From positions 250,604,001 through 250,668,000 of the forward strand of contig OZ024740.1 of assembly GCA_964016885.1 (NCBI GenBank): 64,000 nt of DNA. The letters run 5' to 3'. A model generated the notes under the pieces. It was not told the DNA's origin, did no database searches, and saw only the letters and a program-made list of their open reading frames with translations. Within the stretch, counting starts at the first letter, position 1. Each line of letters begins with the position of its first letter. Positions 1 to 13,727 of this stretch are shown here, in pieces. Source of the DNA: Eledone cirrhosa (taxonomy: Eukaryota). The translations under genes and the position numbers were made by a program.

Positions 1-1815
1 GGCTTTTGGTGATCCAGGAATGAGGCACCATGTCAAATGCCTTTCTGTAGTCTATCCATCCCATGGCAAGATCAGTGTGTCTCCTCCTGCAATTCCCCAT
101 TACCATCTTATCAATAAGCAACTGGTCCTTTGTACCACGTGACTTCTTTCGGCATCCTTTCTGTTCGTCCGGTAACAAGTTGTTTGTGTGGAGGTGATGG
201 TAGATTTCCTCAGACACAATGCTCGTCAACAGTTTCCACATTACGGGCAGACATGTGATAGGTCTATAGTTGGTAACATCATTACCCTTGATTCGGTCTT
301 TCATTATCAGAACTGTGGTACCTTTTGTCAACCACTCTGGCACCTCACCCGACACCAAGCAGTCATTGAACATGGCCGTCAGCTTCGGGTGGAGGGATGT
401 TAAATGTTTAATCCAATACCCCTGCACACCATCTGGGCCTGGTGATTTCCAGTTGGTTAGTTTTTTGGCTTGCCCCTTAAGAGTTTCAACTGTGATACTC
501 AAATCAGTCTGTTGTTGTGCCTGCTCACCGATCTCCCTCTGTACTGTCTCAATCCACCCTGCCTGGGCATTGTGTCTAACATCCTGCTCCCATATTCCTC
601 TCCAGAATGTTTTAGCTTGTTCCGCCCCAGGGATCAAGTCGTTGCCTCTTTCTTTCCCCTCAAGCTGTCCAAACAGCATCTTCTGGTTGTTGTCGAACAT
701 GCGGTTCTGTTTATACTGACTGACTCTGTTCTCGTATCGCCTGATTTTGGCACTCTTTGCTACAATGCGTTGCTTCAATTCCTCTATGATAATATTTAGC
801 TTTTTACTCCTAGTTTTGTATTTTATTTCCAGTCTATTTTTAGTGCCTATGTTTTTTAGTGTCCCATTCAGTAGTGACTCAAGCTTTCCTATGTCATTTC
901 TCATTTCCCCGATTTGCCCACTCAGTCGCTTCTTCCACCACGGCTCTGCTCTTTCTTGTCTGTTGTTTCCTCTCGCTTTTATACCAAGTAGTTTCCTCAC
1001 CGTATTTGCTGTTGCTTTGAGGATATTGTTGCACTGGTGAAGGCTCCTCGCCTCAAGGTATGGGATGACTTTGTTTACCTTAGCTGTTGTTTCTTTTAAC
1101 TTTTTCCTGTCTACAAATCTTAGGTTCATAGGTCTCCCACTATCATTGTTCAATTCATCTACCACTAAATTTAGGATGTCAACCGAATCTTGTCCTAGCC
1201 CGTGAGCATTCATCTCCTCAGTGGCCGTATCTCTGTTCCAGGTATTATTTATCTCAGTATTCAGATCATTGTCTGCTTCGGGTGGTTCCTCCGTTCTCAG
1301 GACCTCCTCACCTTCATTTCCCACCGGCTCGCTTGTCTGGCATACTACACCCGCCATCTCCAAGCCATTCTCTCTGCTCAGTTCCTCCAATTCCAGCTCG
1401 CTTATCCACCCTTATTACCCGAGCCTGCCCGGCCAATTTTTGTTCATCTAATTTAAATAAACCAATCTCGTTCCAGATGTTATGCATCCGTCTCCTGTAG
1501 CCCCTCTCCTTGGGGTTACTTTTCAGGTAGCATTGCATAACAGTTCTATTCAATTCTTTCGTCCAGTTGGTTCTGGCCCCTTTCCTTCTTCTTCTTCCTC
1601 CAACATCAGCAGTATTTGGTTGACAGTCAGGTTCCTGCTGCTGAGCCAGGGGGCACCTGTTGGGTGAGAGTCTGTCACATGACGTTCTAGTCTCCATTTC
1701 ACCGTTATTCGAACTGTTTATGTTCGATATTTAAACACTCTTATCGAGGATTGGCGAATGTATGTTTACATAGCCATCTGTGGATCCGCCATCCCACTTG
1801 GCCCTTGTGTGGCAT
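1..1815 (-). mobile_element. R4/Dong-like non-LTR retrotransposon, 5' part (5'UTR, N-terminus, start of RT); runs off the window edge
   Basis: 1-426 is nearly identical to 4607-5033, the RT region of the neighbouring copy. ORF 1697-1314 begins METRTS...RTNWTKELNRTVMQCYLKSNPKERGYRRRMHNIW, resembling R4/Dong N-termini; apparent frameshift near 1410. Confidence 0.8.
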
Positions 1816-2799
1816 TATCACCACGCTGTATACGAACACACATAAACAAACAAACACACGGGCAGAAAGGGCCCCAAAAATGAATAAGCATAAGTTTCAT
1901 TGTAATGTAGTATTCGAATGTCTGACTTAGTTTTTGTTATTTTAAGTTTTACTTTTTCCCCCCTCTTCTCTGTCCGTCCGCCTGCTTCTCTCTTCATTCT
2001 TATTTTCTTTACGTTTTTGGGGTTTCTTTTTTTGTTTTTGTTTTTCTCTGTTTGTTTTTCTCGTTTTTTGCTGTTGTTGCTGTGCTGCTTTGGTTTTGTT
2101 GTTTGTTTTTTCTTTTTTCTTTTGAGTCTATCTATATATTTTGATGCCTTCCTCTTTGTTAGTAGTAGGAATTCTATAATGTGGAAGTAGCAGCCAGCAG
2201 GGAGAAGTGGGAGACTGGCGGCGTTGGCGATACTGAGACAGTGGTGGTGGTGATGTCGATACCGAGGCAGTGGTGGCGGTGATGCGACCGTATTACTGTA
2301 GTGATGGTGCTGTAGCGGTGGCAGCAGCAGTGAAGGAGTCAAGGGGTGGTGGCGGCGGTGATGGGATAGTGGTGGTAATGATGGCCGTAGTGAGCGGTGG
2401 CGGTGAAGGTGAAAATGCTGTTGTGTTTAGTGTACACAGATGATGGGGTGGGTGGTGTATCTAGTTTCTGGTGTTGGTGAGTTTAGCTGTCCTATATAGT
2501 GTAGCCAGAGGAGAGGAGGGGGGGGGGGGTTCTTCTTCTTCCATTTATAGCCATTTTTTTTTTTTTTTGGATATACAGTGTACAATACAAAGTTGAATAT
2601 TTGAATATTTGAGCCTTATAACAATATATTTTGGGTCCGAATTTTTTGGGGCTCAAGCCGGGTGCTTTACGTAGCATTTGTACTAAGAGTTGTTATTTCA
2701 CAAATGATTTAAATATGTTAAAAATTCAAAACTTACGGGAGCGATTTCATGACCTCCGTCACCTTGTGCGTCTTCTTCCCTATATTCTTATTCTTCTTC

Positions 2800-2831
<32 letters not shown>

Positions 2832-2834
2832 GTT

Positions 2835-5033
2835 ATTGTTATCCTTGAATCTCAGTCATTGATGTTGGTTAACTGGAAAGTCCGTTGGAATGAATATCAA
2901 GCCACTACCTGCAGCCTCAGATATTCAGGACGTATCGGAGGATTCTTGCTGTTCCAAGCAAGCATGCCTTTTGAAGCGTTCCAAAAAGCGTGAAGGGGCC
3001 GATTTTCTTTAACCATCCCTGGAAACTTTTGGAGATAGTCCCCAGTGCGCCTATGACAATCGGGATCACTTTGACTTCATGGCAGTTCCAAATCCTTTTC
3101 ACCTCCCACTTTAGGTCCTGGTATCGGTTAATTTTCTCCCTCTCCTTCTCTTGCACTCTCGTGTCGAACGGGCAGGCCACATCCACAATCAGACACGTTC
3201 TTTTTTCTTTGTCCACAACCACCAGGTCAGGTCTATTGTGTTCCAGTTTTTTGTCCGTCTGTATCCTAAAATCCCACAGCACCTTCACCTGATTGTTCTC
3301 CATCACCGCCTCTGGCCTATGCTCATACCATTTCTCAGAATGTGGTAAATTGTTTACTTTGCACAGGTGCCAGTGGATCACCCTGCCCATCACATCGTGT
3401 CTCCAGCCCTTATAGTGGGTCTGGGCTAGGTGTTTACACTCGGACACAATGTGAGCCACAGTCTCCTCTCTCTCTCTCCACAGATCCTGCACAGTGGGCT
3501 AGCCTCCTCCTTGTAGATATGGTGCTTCAACCACTTCGTTTTGAGGGCCTGCTCCTGCGCAGCCATTAGCATTCCTTCTGTAGCCTTTTTGAGGTCTCCT
3601 CTTCTCAACCAGTTCCATGTCTGTGGATCTCTAAATTCAGTTTTCTCAAAGAAGGTACTATGAAGGGATTTTCCCTTAAGGCTGCTCTTCCTCCTTGATG
3701 TTATTTCCTCCTTGGACATCCCCTGGCCTACTGTCCCCTCCTTCAGTACAGTTCTGAGCATTGGCTCCTTACTATAGGTCACGTATTTGTATAGGTTGTT
3801 TTTCTCCATCTGAACACAGTCCTCTATGCTGATAAGACCTCTTCCACCCTCAGATCTCCTTAGGTAGAGTCTATCGACATCACTCCTCTTGTGGAACATG
3901 TTGTAGATAGTCAATAGCTTCCTAGTCTTCCTATCCATTTCTTTTTGTTCAGCAACATTCCATCTCAGAATTCCTGCACTGTACCTAATAATAGACACAG
4001 CTCGGGAATTTACTGCGCTTATGGCATTTCTGCTGTTCAGATGTGACTTCAATACGCTCCTTACTCTTCGAATGTATTCAGTTCTTAACAATTCCTTCAT
4101 TTTTTTGTTCTTTATGCCATCAGCCTCCAGAACGCCCAAATACTTGTATCCTTCCTCAGAGTCAATTTCCTTTATCATCTCACCTGTTGGTATCTGGATC
4201 CCGTTACTTCTGCTCAACCTACCCCTCTTCATCACAATGACTCCACATTTACCAATACCAAACTGCATACATATATCACTGCTGAAAATACGGACAGTGT
4301 CAACAAGCACATCCAACTCCTTCTCACTTTTCCCGAAGAGCTTAAGATCGTCCATGAAGAGGAGGTGATTGATGGTAAGCTCTCCCCTTCCCAACTTGTA
4401 TCCTGCTCTCACTTTTCGCAGCATAATGGTCAAGGGCATCAGGGCAAGGACAAACAACAGAGGGGACAGGCTATCTCCCTGGAAGATACCTCTCTTGATC
4501 TTCACGCTTCCCAAGGATACTCCAGTTGATGTCAACTCTGTCTCCCAGGACCCCATACTCCTGCCTAGCAACTGTCTGATGTTATCTGCCACCCTGAAGA
4601 TCTCCAGGCTTTTGGTGATCCAGGAATGAGGCACCATGTCAAATGCCTTTCTGTAGTCTATCCATCCCATGGCAAGATCAGTGTGTCTCCTCCTGCAATT
4701 CCCCATTACCATCTTATCAATAAGTAACTGGTCCTTTGTACCACGTGACTTCTTTCGGCATCCTTTCTGTTCGTCCGGTAACAAGTTGTTTGTGTGGAGG
4801 TGATGGTAGATTTCCTCAGACACAATGCTCGTCAACAGTTTCCACATTACGGACAGACATGTGATAGGTCTATAGTTGGTAACATCATTACCCTTGATTC
4901 GGTCTTTCATTATCAGAACTGTGGTACCTTTTGTCAACCACTCTGGCACCTCACCCGACACCAATCAGTCATTGAACATGGCCGTCAGCTTCGGGTGGAG
5001 GGATGTTAAATGTTTAATCCAATACCCCTGCAC
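2835..5033 (-). mobile_element. 5'-truncated R4/Dong-like non-LTR retrotransposon (RT, CCHC finger, restriction-like endonuclease)
   Basis: RT motifs [42 protein letters not shown]; CRIC...HIVSEC zinc knuckle; RPDLVVVD...IVDVACP...EKINRY PD-(D/E)xK nuclease; (ATT)n on both flanks. Confidence 0.9.
2917..4964 (-). pseudogene. RT-RLE polyprotein, frameshifted in a (CT)n run near 3470
   Basis: ORFs 4964-3426 (RT) and 3492-2917 (RLE) overlap in different frames at tctcctctctctctctcc. Confidence 0.85.
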
Positions 5034-5096
<63 letters not shown>

Positions 5097-5755
5097 CTAG
5101 CAGTGTTACCCGGCGTTGCACGGGATCAGGTATTTTGGAACGCGGGCCGCCAACAGACCTAATCGTGGAAAAACTGCATGCCTCGACAATATGTAAAGAA
5201 AATAAACCGAATACTCTGATGGCTGGATAATCTTTAAGATTTTTTAATCGATGAAGCCGGAAAAATGCAGGTTTTCACCTAATGCGGGCTCTAGGGGATC
5301 AAGAAAATTAATGTTTTTAATGTGTATAATATGCCTTGAAATTTCGGGAAAATCGGCTAGACTTAACACCTAAAAAAAACCCTAAAAAGCTGAAAAAATG
5401 AAGTTTTTCACATAATGCAGGTAGCAGACAGCGAGACAGATATTATAAGGGTGCGTTCTGGATGGAGAGGGAATTGTGGGAAGTGACATAATACAGACAG
5501 TCAGACATACAGACAGATATTATAAGGACGCGACGTTATATGTATCTATCTATCTATAAAGAGAAAGACTAAGAATTATCGCCTAATGCGGTCCCTAAGG
5601 CATGGAAAATTCGAAATCGTTTTGCTCACAACACTCCGTGAAATATAAATGTTACATGTGTAAAGTTTGAAAACAGTCGGTTGGGTGGTTCTCGAGTTTT
5701 AGGGATTCAAACTCACACACACACAGACATATATCCTCAGTTTTATATATATAGA
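5097..5755 (-). mobile_element. Non-autonomous Helitron
   Basis: Minus strand starts TC (A|TCTATATATATAAAA) and ends with hairpin CCCGTGCAACGCCGGG then CTAG|T; inserted between A and T with no TSD; same termini as 53264-54239. Confidence 0.75.
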
Positions 5756-5859
5756 TATATATATCGATCGACTTTCGTCAAATCGGACCGATGGAACAAT
5801 GTTTTCATCGGTCTTTCCAATTGCTAGTACTATCTATCGGTCGTAACTCCAGCTAGAAG

Positions 5860-5945
5860 GACCAACGTGAAATAAAGTGTCCAGGAATCGAACTCACAAC
5901 CTTAATATTGTGAATCCAATTCTCTAACCACTCAGCCACACGCTT
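5860..5945 (-). mobile_element. tRNA-derived SINE head fragment
   Basis: Minus strand GTGGCTGAGTGGTTAG (A box) ... GAGTTCGATTCCTGG (B box). Confidence 0.55.
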
Positions 5946-5995
5946 TCATTATATATATATATATTATATATATATATGTGTGTGTATATATATGT

Positions 5996-6104
<109 letters not shown>

Positions 6105-6160
6105 CGTGGGAAAGTGAAAAATCTGAGAATATACCGTTAAAACATGTTTATTGAAAATAT

Positions 6161-6200
6161 CACCTACGTACGTTTCGCCCAGTTGGGCTTCTCAAGGGCA
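6161..6200 (-). ncRNA. Hammerhead ribozyme-like motif, U3-A8 variant (mirror copy of 10525-10564)
   Basis: Minus strand TTGAGAA-GCCC aact GGGC-GAAA-CGTACG-TA. Confidence 0.5.
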
Positions 6201-6450
6201 TAAACAGTCACAAGTGTTCCTTATATAGTTTGGAAAGAGTTTTGGGGGTTAAATCGACATCAAGATTCATTGTTCGCAAAAATATCTTGTTTTGATTTTG
6301 CAGCAGGTCAAGGGAGGTAACTTTGGCCGGTGTTAGGGCAGTCTTTCCCGGATAATTTTTGGTATGCAGGGATCGTTTTCAGGGTGTTATTTTGCTGCGC
6401 CTGCCCGCCGGGGTATTAAGACTTGTTGCAGGGAGATCCAGTGTGTTACT

Positions 6451-8545
6451 TCACTCTCCATTCTTAACCCATCTAAAGAAGGATATTTTCAAGCGATGTG
6501 TACAACTTATCGCTGTTTCAGCTCTGCTGTTGATGAGCTCGTGGGGTGCAGTTATGATGTGGTAGAGCTCCATGAGGCAAAGATCGCATTTCCTCTTGAA
6601 GTTGTACGGTGCAGCCCTGTCGACAATCTCCCAGTGCGTGGAGAAGCTAATGTTTAAGTCCTTTAGTGATGTGATGTAGTCCGCGAGCGAGGTGGAGTGC
6701 CTTAGTTTTCTATTTGTGAAAGAGTGGAGATGTGTTCGAAACCTAATTTTGAACGGGCCGGAGGTGGCCCCTATATAATGTTTAACGCTATTGTGGCTAG
6801 TAATAGTGCATCTATATATAACCCTATCGGTCAAGCAGTATCCTCTAAGGGGGCACCGTCCTCTGTCGCGGCAGTTGCAATTTCTGTCGCTGTTCCGTCT
6901 ATTTCCCACGATAAGAGGCTATCATTGTTGCTGCCAGCGTTGTTAGCTGCGCTACCGCAGCTGTCGTTAGCACAATTACAACCCACAGCACGCGGGATGG
7001 TGCGCTTGTTATTCTGCACGCCATGTTTTGCATGCTCCCCAGTCACTTCGCGGTCATTCTGGTTGCGTCTGCGGATGCCGTTGCCAACACTATTGGATGC
7101 TGTCAGGGAGTAGTTAAGGCCGATACAGTTATTGTCAGGTGTAGGTGCGTCTGCGTCGAGGTGCTGTGTCTTGGTGATCTTACTGTGGTTCGTTGTTCCT
7201 ATGATGTCTGCTAGGTTAGGAGTAGTAGAGAAGGATATTTTTATATTGTTCCTATTAAGAATTTTTCTATACCTATGGTTGGGTGGGAAGTTCTTCTCTA
7301 AGGCTTCGAAGAATATCCGGGGTATGTTGGAGGCCACACTTCGAGAGTAGGGGGGGGGGGGGAACCATAGGACGTTACGGTGGCGATTACGTGTCCTTGT
7401 ACTTTTGCTACGGGTGGTTCCATCTAAGTGATCGCTCTTATGTGTGTTAATGCGCTGTCGCCCGTTCGGTGCCCCTTTCACTTTATGCTCGGGTGCACTC
7501 TTTCTACCACTTCCATGTTTATGTACACGAAGATGTTGGTTGGAAGGCGTTGGTAGTAGGCCGTCGCCTTTGTTGGTTTGGTAATAGGGGAAAAGTTTGA
7601 GTAATCTACAGTATTCACCGTCGCCGGGGACGTGATCTTTGGTGCGGTTATCTATTCTATTATATCCGACTTTAACGAGGTCGCCGCGTGATCGGTTATA
7701 GGTATGGCTTACTATAACGTTAGTTTTATGAGGGGGGTGGTTTGTAGAGCTAGCGTTAGGGATGTAGGAAATTCCTCGGTTAAAGCCGGCGCTTATCAGG
7801 GCCCTATTGTAGTAATCAGCCGCTTGGTTGAAGATATCCTCGTTTGCGGATAGTCTCGAGATTCTATGTGAGATACTATAGACTATGGATTTGAGAGTCT
7901 GCTTAGGGTGGTTGGAGGCATAATTAATATAAGAGAGGCACTCTCCAGGCTTATGGTATGGCTTGTATAAGCCCGTACTCAACTCCAGGGTCACGTCCAG
8001 GAAGTTGACAATCCTGTGGTTGAGGTCCATAGTTACGGATAGGCCGTATGACTTAAAGAACCTGTGTATATGTTTGTTAAGGTTCTCTATCCTACGGGGG
8101 CTATGGTTCCTAACGGTAAACAAGGCGTCGTCCCTATATACACCTCCTTGTAGGGCCGGTATTTCTTCCCTAAGCTTATGTAGGAGGTATATTCCAACCA
8201 GGTCAGTTGCTTGCGCTGAGTCGCTGGACCCCATCGTGACATCGAAGTTATCAGGACGGTTGGTTCTGGTCCAGTGGGAGTCTTCGAACTGGATAATGGT
8301 TCTACGTGCCGCTAGGATTATGTCTATTTCCTTTTTGGTGAGGCTAGTGTTAGATCTAGCTAAGATAAGTGCCTTATTTAAGAGTATGGGGGTGATAGAG
8401 GCGTAGTAGCTATCTATATCAAACTGGATGAATTTCAGGGTGGCTTTATCCGTCAACTCGGTGAACCAATTTATGATCTGGTCGGTGTTGCCCCAGAGGC
8501 AGACCTTAGCCTTTCTATTAAGCTCGAGTAGTACTAGGGAGTAAG
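6451..8545 (-). pseudogene. PLE RT + GIY-YIG endonuclease (left arm, frameshifted near 6915)
   Basis: FIQFDIDSYY, FDVTMGSSDSAQ, VYRDDA, VNFLDVTL, SNHP; CNCR..CPL..C finger; VIY...HYIGAT...FKIRF...H GIY-YIG motif. Confidence 0.9.
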
Positions 8546-8549
8546 CGAG

Positions 8550-10273
8550 TAAGCTTAGGGAAGAAATACCGGCCCTACAAGGAGGTGTATATAGGGACGA
8601 CGCCTTGTTTACCGTTAGGAACCATAGCCCCCGTAGGATAGAGAACCTTAACAAACATATACACAGGTTCTTTAAGTCATACGGCCTATCCGTAACTATG
8701 GACCTCAACCACAGGATTGTCAACTTCCTGGACGTGACCCTGGAGTTGAGTACGGGCTTATACAAGCCATACCATAAGCCTGGAGAGTGCCTCTCTTATA
8801 TTAATTATGCCTCCAACCACCCTAAGCAGACTCTCAAATCCATAGTCTATAGTATCTCACATAGAATCTCGAGACTATCCGCAAACGAGGATATCTTCAA
8901 CCAAGCGGCTGATTACTACAATAGGGCCCTGATAAGCGCCGGCTTTAACCGAGGAATTTCCTACATCCCTAACGCTAGCTCTACAAACCACCCCCCTCAT
9001 AAAACTAACGTTATAGTAAGCCATACCTATAACCGATCACGCGGCGACCTCGTTAAAGTCGGATATAATAGAATAGATAACCGCACCAAAGATCACGTCC
9101 CCGGCGACGGTGAATACTGTAGATTACTCAAACTTTTCCCCTATTACCAAACCAACAAAGGCGACGGCCTACTACCAACGCCTTCCAACCAACATCTTCG
9201 TGTACATAAACATGGAAGTGGTAGAAAGAGTGCACCCGGGCATAAAGTGAAAGGGGCACCGAACGGGCGACAGCGCATTAACACACATAAGAGCGATCAC
9301 TTAGATGGAACCACCCGTAGCAAAAGTACAAGGACACGTAATCGCCACCGTAACGTCCTATGGTTCCCCCCCCCCCTACTCTCGAAGTGTGGCCTCCAAC
9401 ATACCCCGGATATTCTTCGAAGCCTTAGAGAAGAACTTCCCACCCAACCATAGGTATAGAAAAATTCTTAATAGGAACAATATAAAAATATCCTTCTCTA
9501 CTACTCCTAACCTAGCAGACATCATAGGAACAACGAACCACAGTAAGATCACCAAGACACAGCACCTCGACGCAGACGCACCTACACCTGACAATAACTG
9601 TATCGGCCTTAACTACTCCCTGACAGCATCCAATAGTGTTGGCAACGGCATCCGCAGACGCAACCAGAATGACCGCGAAGTGACTGGGGAGCATGCAAAA
9701 CATGGCGTGCAGAATAACAAGCGCACCATCCCGCGTGCTGTGGGTTGTAATTGTGCTAACGACAGCTGCGGTAGCGCAGCTAACAACGTAGGCAGCAACA
9801 ATGATAGCCTTATCGTGGGAAATAGACGGAACAGCGACAGAAATTGTAACTGCCGCGACAGAGGACGGTGCCCCCTTAGAGGATACTGCTTGACCGATAG
9901 GGTTATATATAGATGCACTATTACTAGCCACAATAGCGTTAAACATTATATAGGGGCCACCTCCGGCCCGTTCAAAATTAGGTTTCGAACACATCTCCAC
10001 TCTTTCACAAATAGAAAACTAAGGCACTCCACCTCGCTCGCGGACTACATCACATCACTAAAGGACTTAAACATTAGCTTCTCCACGCACTGGGAGATTG
10101 TCGACAGGGCTGCACCGTACAACTTCAAGAGGAAATGCGATCTTTGCCTCATGGAGCTCTACCACATCATAACTGCACCCCACGAGCTCATCAACAGCAG
10201 AGCTGAAACAGCGATAAGTTGTACACATCGCTTGAAAATATCCTTCTTTAGATGGGTTAAGAATGGAGAGTGA
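8550..10273 (+). pseudogene. PLE RT (C-terminal part) + GIY-YIG (right arm, frameshift in poly-C near 9370)
   Basis: ORFs 8605-9453 and 9305-10273 match the left-arm protein. Confidence 0.9.
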
Positions 10274-10524
10274 AGTAACACACTGGATCTCCCTGCAACA
10301 AGTCTTAATACCCCGGCGGGCAGGCGCAGCAAAATAACACCCTGAAAACGATCCCTGCATACCAAAAATTATCCGGGAAAGACTGCCCTAACACCGGCCA
10401 AAGTTACCTCCCTTGACCTGCTGCAAAATCAAAACAAGATATTTTTGCGAACAATGAATCTTGATGTCGATTTAACCCCCAAAACTCTTTCCAAACTATA
10501 TAAGGAACACTTGTGACTGTTTAT

Positions 10525-10564
10525 GCCCTTGAGAAGCCCAACTGGGCGAAACGTACGTAGGTGA
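10525..10564 (+). ncRNA. Hammerhead ribozyme-like motif in PLE 3' pLTR, U3-A8 variant
   Basis: TTGAGAA, P2 GCCC/GGGC, GAAA, palindromic P3 ACGTACGT, GTA cleavage triplet; P1 is weak. Confidence 0.55.
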
Positions 10565-10778
10565 TATTTTCAATAAACATGTTTTAACGGTATATTCTCA
10601 GATTTTTCACTTTCCCACGTGCTTACGCTCTGCTAACTCTCTAGCCCACTAAATATTAACACTTCGAATATTTAATACTGCCGGCACTAGTATCGAGCAC
10701 CTTTGGCATACGCTACTTGGCAAATAACTATATGTATCACCTATCCCTTCTTTTATTCTCTCTTTCTCGATACGTAAA

Positions 10779-11178
<400 letters not shown>

Positions 11179-11285
11179 AAAAAGAGATGAAATCGAAAAT
11201 GCAACTGGAGTCTTATTTTTTTTTTAAATATATATATTTATTTGGTTCCTTTACCGGTTTCGCAGTTCTTCTGCTTTTCAACTCA

Positions 11286-11322
11286 CCTTTTGAAAAGCAG
11301 AGAACTGCGAAACCGGTAAAGG
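11286..11322 (+). ncRNA. Minimal type-I hammerhead, U3-A8 variant, within fold-back 11172-11398
   Basis: P1 CCTT/AAGG, core TTGAAAA, P2 GCAG/CTGC, GAAA, P3 palindrome ACCGGT, GTA; partial antisense copy at 11248-11281. Confidence 0.6.
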
Positions 11323-11475
11323 AACCAAATAAATATATATATTTTAAAAAAAAATAAGACTCCAGTTGCATTTTCGATTTCATCTCTTTTTCTTTATACT
11401 TTCACTCGTGTAGGACACCTCGGTTATTTTTCATTTTGTAAAAAAACCCTCACTTTCTAATATATATATATATAT

Positions 11476-11655
<180 letters not shown>

Positions 11656-11812
11656 TCTTTTTACATTTCTCCGATGGTTATAAACCCCACTATCAGGCTA
11701 GAAATTTCTTTAGTCTAAAATACGGTGAAAGCTTATAATTTCTAATTTCTAATTTCAAACTCGCGCACCGTTTCAAAAACATACTTACATGTTTACGTTT
11801 ATAATTTGCTTG

Positions 11813-11901
<89 letters not shown>

Positions 11902-11916
11902 TATATACATATATAT

Positions 11917-11961
<45 letters not shown>

Positions 11962-12016
11962 TATACATATATATATACATATATATACACACACAAATAT
12001 ATATATATATATATAT

Positions 12017-12057
<41 letters not shown>

Positions 12058-12612
12058 AAAGAATAGAGGTGTAACACACAAGTTATGATATATTGGTATA
12101 TATATATATATATATTTTTACATATATATATATATATACATATATATATATGTAGAAGAAGTTAGTAAGCCCGTGGGTACTAAGTACCCCTGGAAATACA
12201 TAGGTTGTCTATGATTTAAGGTTGTTCTATGGTATCAATTTGACATACCAGAACTATAATATTAATATAAGCAGAACAAGCAAAATTCAACCAATAATAT
12301 TATAGTTCTGGTATGTCAAATTGATACCATAGAACAACCTTAAATCATAGACAACCTATGTATTTCCAGGGGTACTTAGTACCCATGGGCTTACTAACTT
12401 CTTCTATCACCCTCCATTTGTTGAGAACAATCACGTTGATTCTATTTAGCTGCTATTTTTAGTAACGAAATAGACAACACGTCTATGTTTTTCCCGCTTT
12501 AACCTCGGGTAGTTCACGTACAGGTCATTTTTCGGCCTTTTGGATCTGTGCTAGCTGGCAGATAACAATATATTTTATCGTTCCTGGGTCTTTAGCCCTA
12601 GGAAAGGAAAAT

Positions 12613-12694
12613 GCTTCTCTGATGAGCCTTGATTTTCCATTAGAAATCCATTGGGTCTCTGGTGTTTTACAAGGCGAAACCGATCGGTAAGAGC
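12613..12694 (+). ncRNA. Type-I hammerhead ribozyme
   Basis: CTGATGA, P2 GCCTTG...CAAGGC, GAAA, P3 palindrome ACCGATCGGT, GTA, P1 TCT/AGA plus GC/GC. Confidence 0.85.
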
Positions 12695-13093
12695 CATATG
12701 AATAGGTAAATATTTAAATTATATTTTTTAATTTATTTTAAAAAATTGGTTGAATTTTGCTTGTTCTGCTTATATTAATATTATAGTTCTGGTATGTCAA
12801 ATTGATACCATAGAACAACCTTAAATCATAGACAACCTATGTATTTCCAGGGGTACTTAGTACCCACGGGCTTACTAACTTCTTCTATCACCCTCCATTT
12901 GTTGAGAACAATCACGTTGATTCTATTTAGCTGCTATTTTTAGTAACGAAATAGACAACACGTCTATGTTTTTCCCGCTTTAACCTCGGGTAGTTCACGT
13001 ACAGGTCATTTTTCGGCCTTTTGGATCTGTGCTAGCTGGCAGATAACAATATATTTTATCGTTCCTGGGTCTTTAGCCCTAGGAAAGGAAAAT

Positions 13094-13175
13094 GCTTCTC
13101 TGATGAGCCTTGATTTTCCATTAGAAATCCATTGGGTCTCTGGTGTTTTACAAGGCGAAACCGATCGGTAAGAGC
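13094..13175 (+). ncRNA. Type-I hammerhead ribozyme (second unit)
   Basis: Identical to 12613-12694. Confidence 0.85.
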
Positions 13176-13251
13176 CATATGAATAGGTAAATATTTAAAT
13201 TATATTTTTTAATTTATTTTAAAAAATTGGTTGAATTTTGCTTGTTCTGCT

Positions 13252-13360
<109 letters not shown>

Positions 13361-13459
13361 ACCACAACCCCACTCTCAAGAGCGTGAAACTAATAAACCT
13401 TTGTTCGTACTGCCTTTCTGTTTTGTTCCCGTTCAATATTTTACTATATATACATATAT

Positions 13460-13589
<130 letters not shown>

Positions 13590-13665
13590 GTGTATATATA
13601 TGTATATATATATATATATATACGATATTAAACAAATGGAAACTATATTTATAAAACCATATTTA

Positions 13666-13727
13666 TTTCATTATACATATTTCAGGGATACCATATTAAA
13701 AATATGGCATGCCTTCTTCAGATAAAA
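13666..13727 (-). ncRNA. Type-I hammerhead ribozyme (same family as 26330)
   Basis: Minus strand TTTTAT-CTGAAGA-AGG...CCT-GAAA-TATGTA-TA-ATGAAA. Confidence 0.7.

Noticed and set aside
1698-1820. HDV-like ribozyme in the R4/Dong 5'UTR
   Set aside because: Some pairing is visible (tggcgga/ttcgcca) but I could not assign the nested double pseudoknot by eye; needs a descriptor search.
1818-2342. 174-aa His/Pro/Lys-rich ORF
   Set aside because: Low-complexity (GGT)n and T-rich sequence; no domain or splice evidence.
6831-8765. 644-aa ORF as an intact gene
   Set aside because: The first ~75 aa are antisense read-through across the inversion junction and the C-terminus is frameshifted; it is a chimera of truncated PLE arms.
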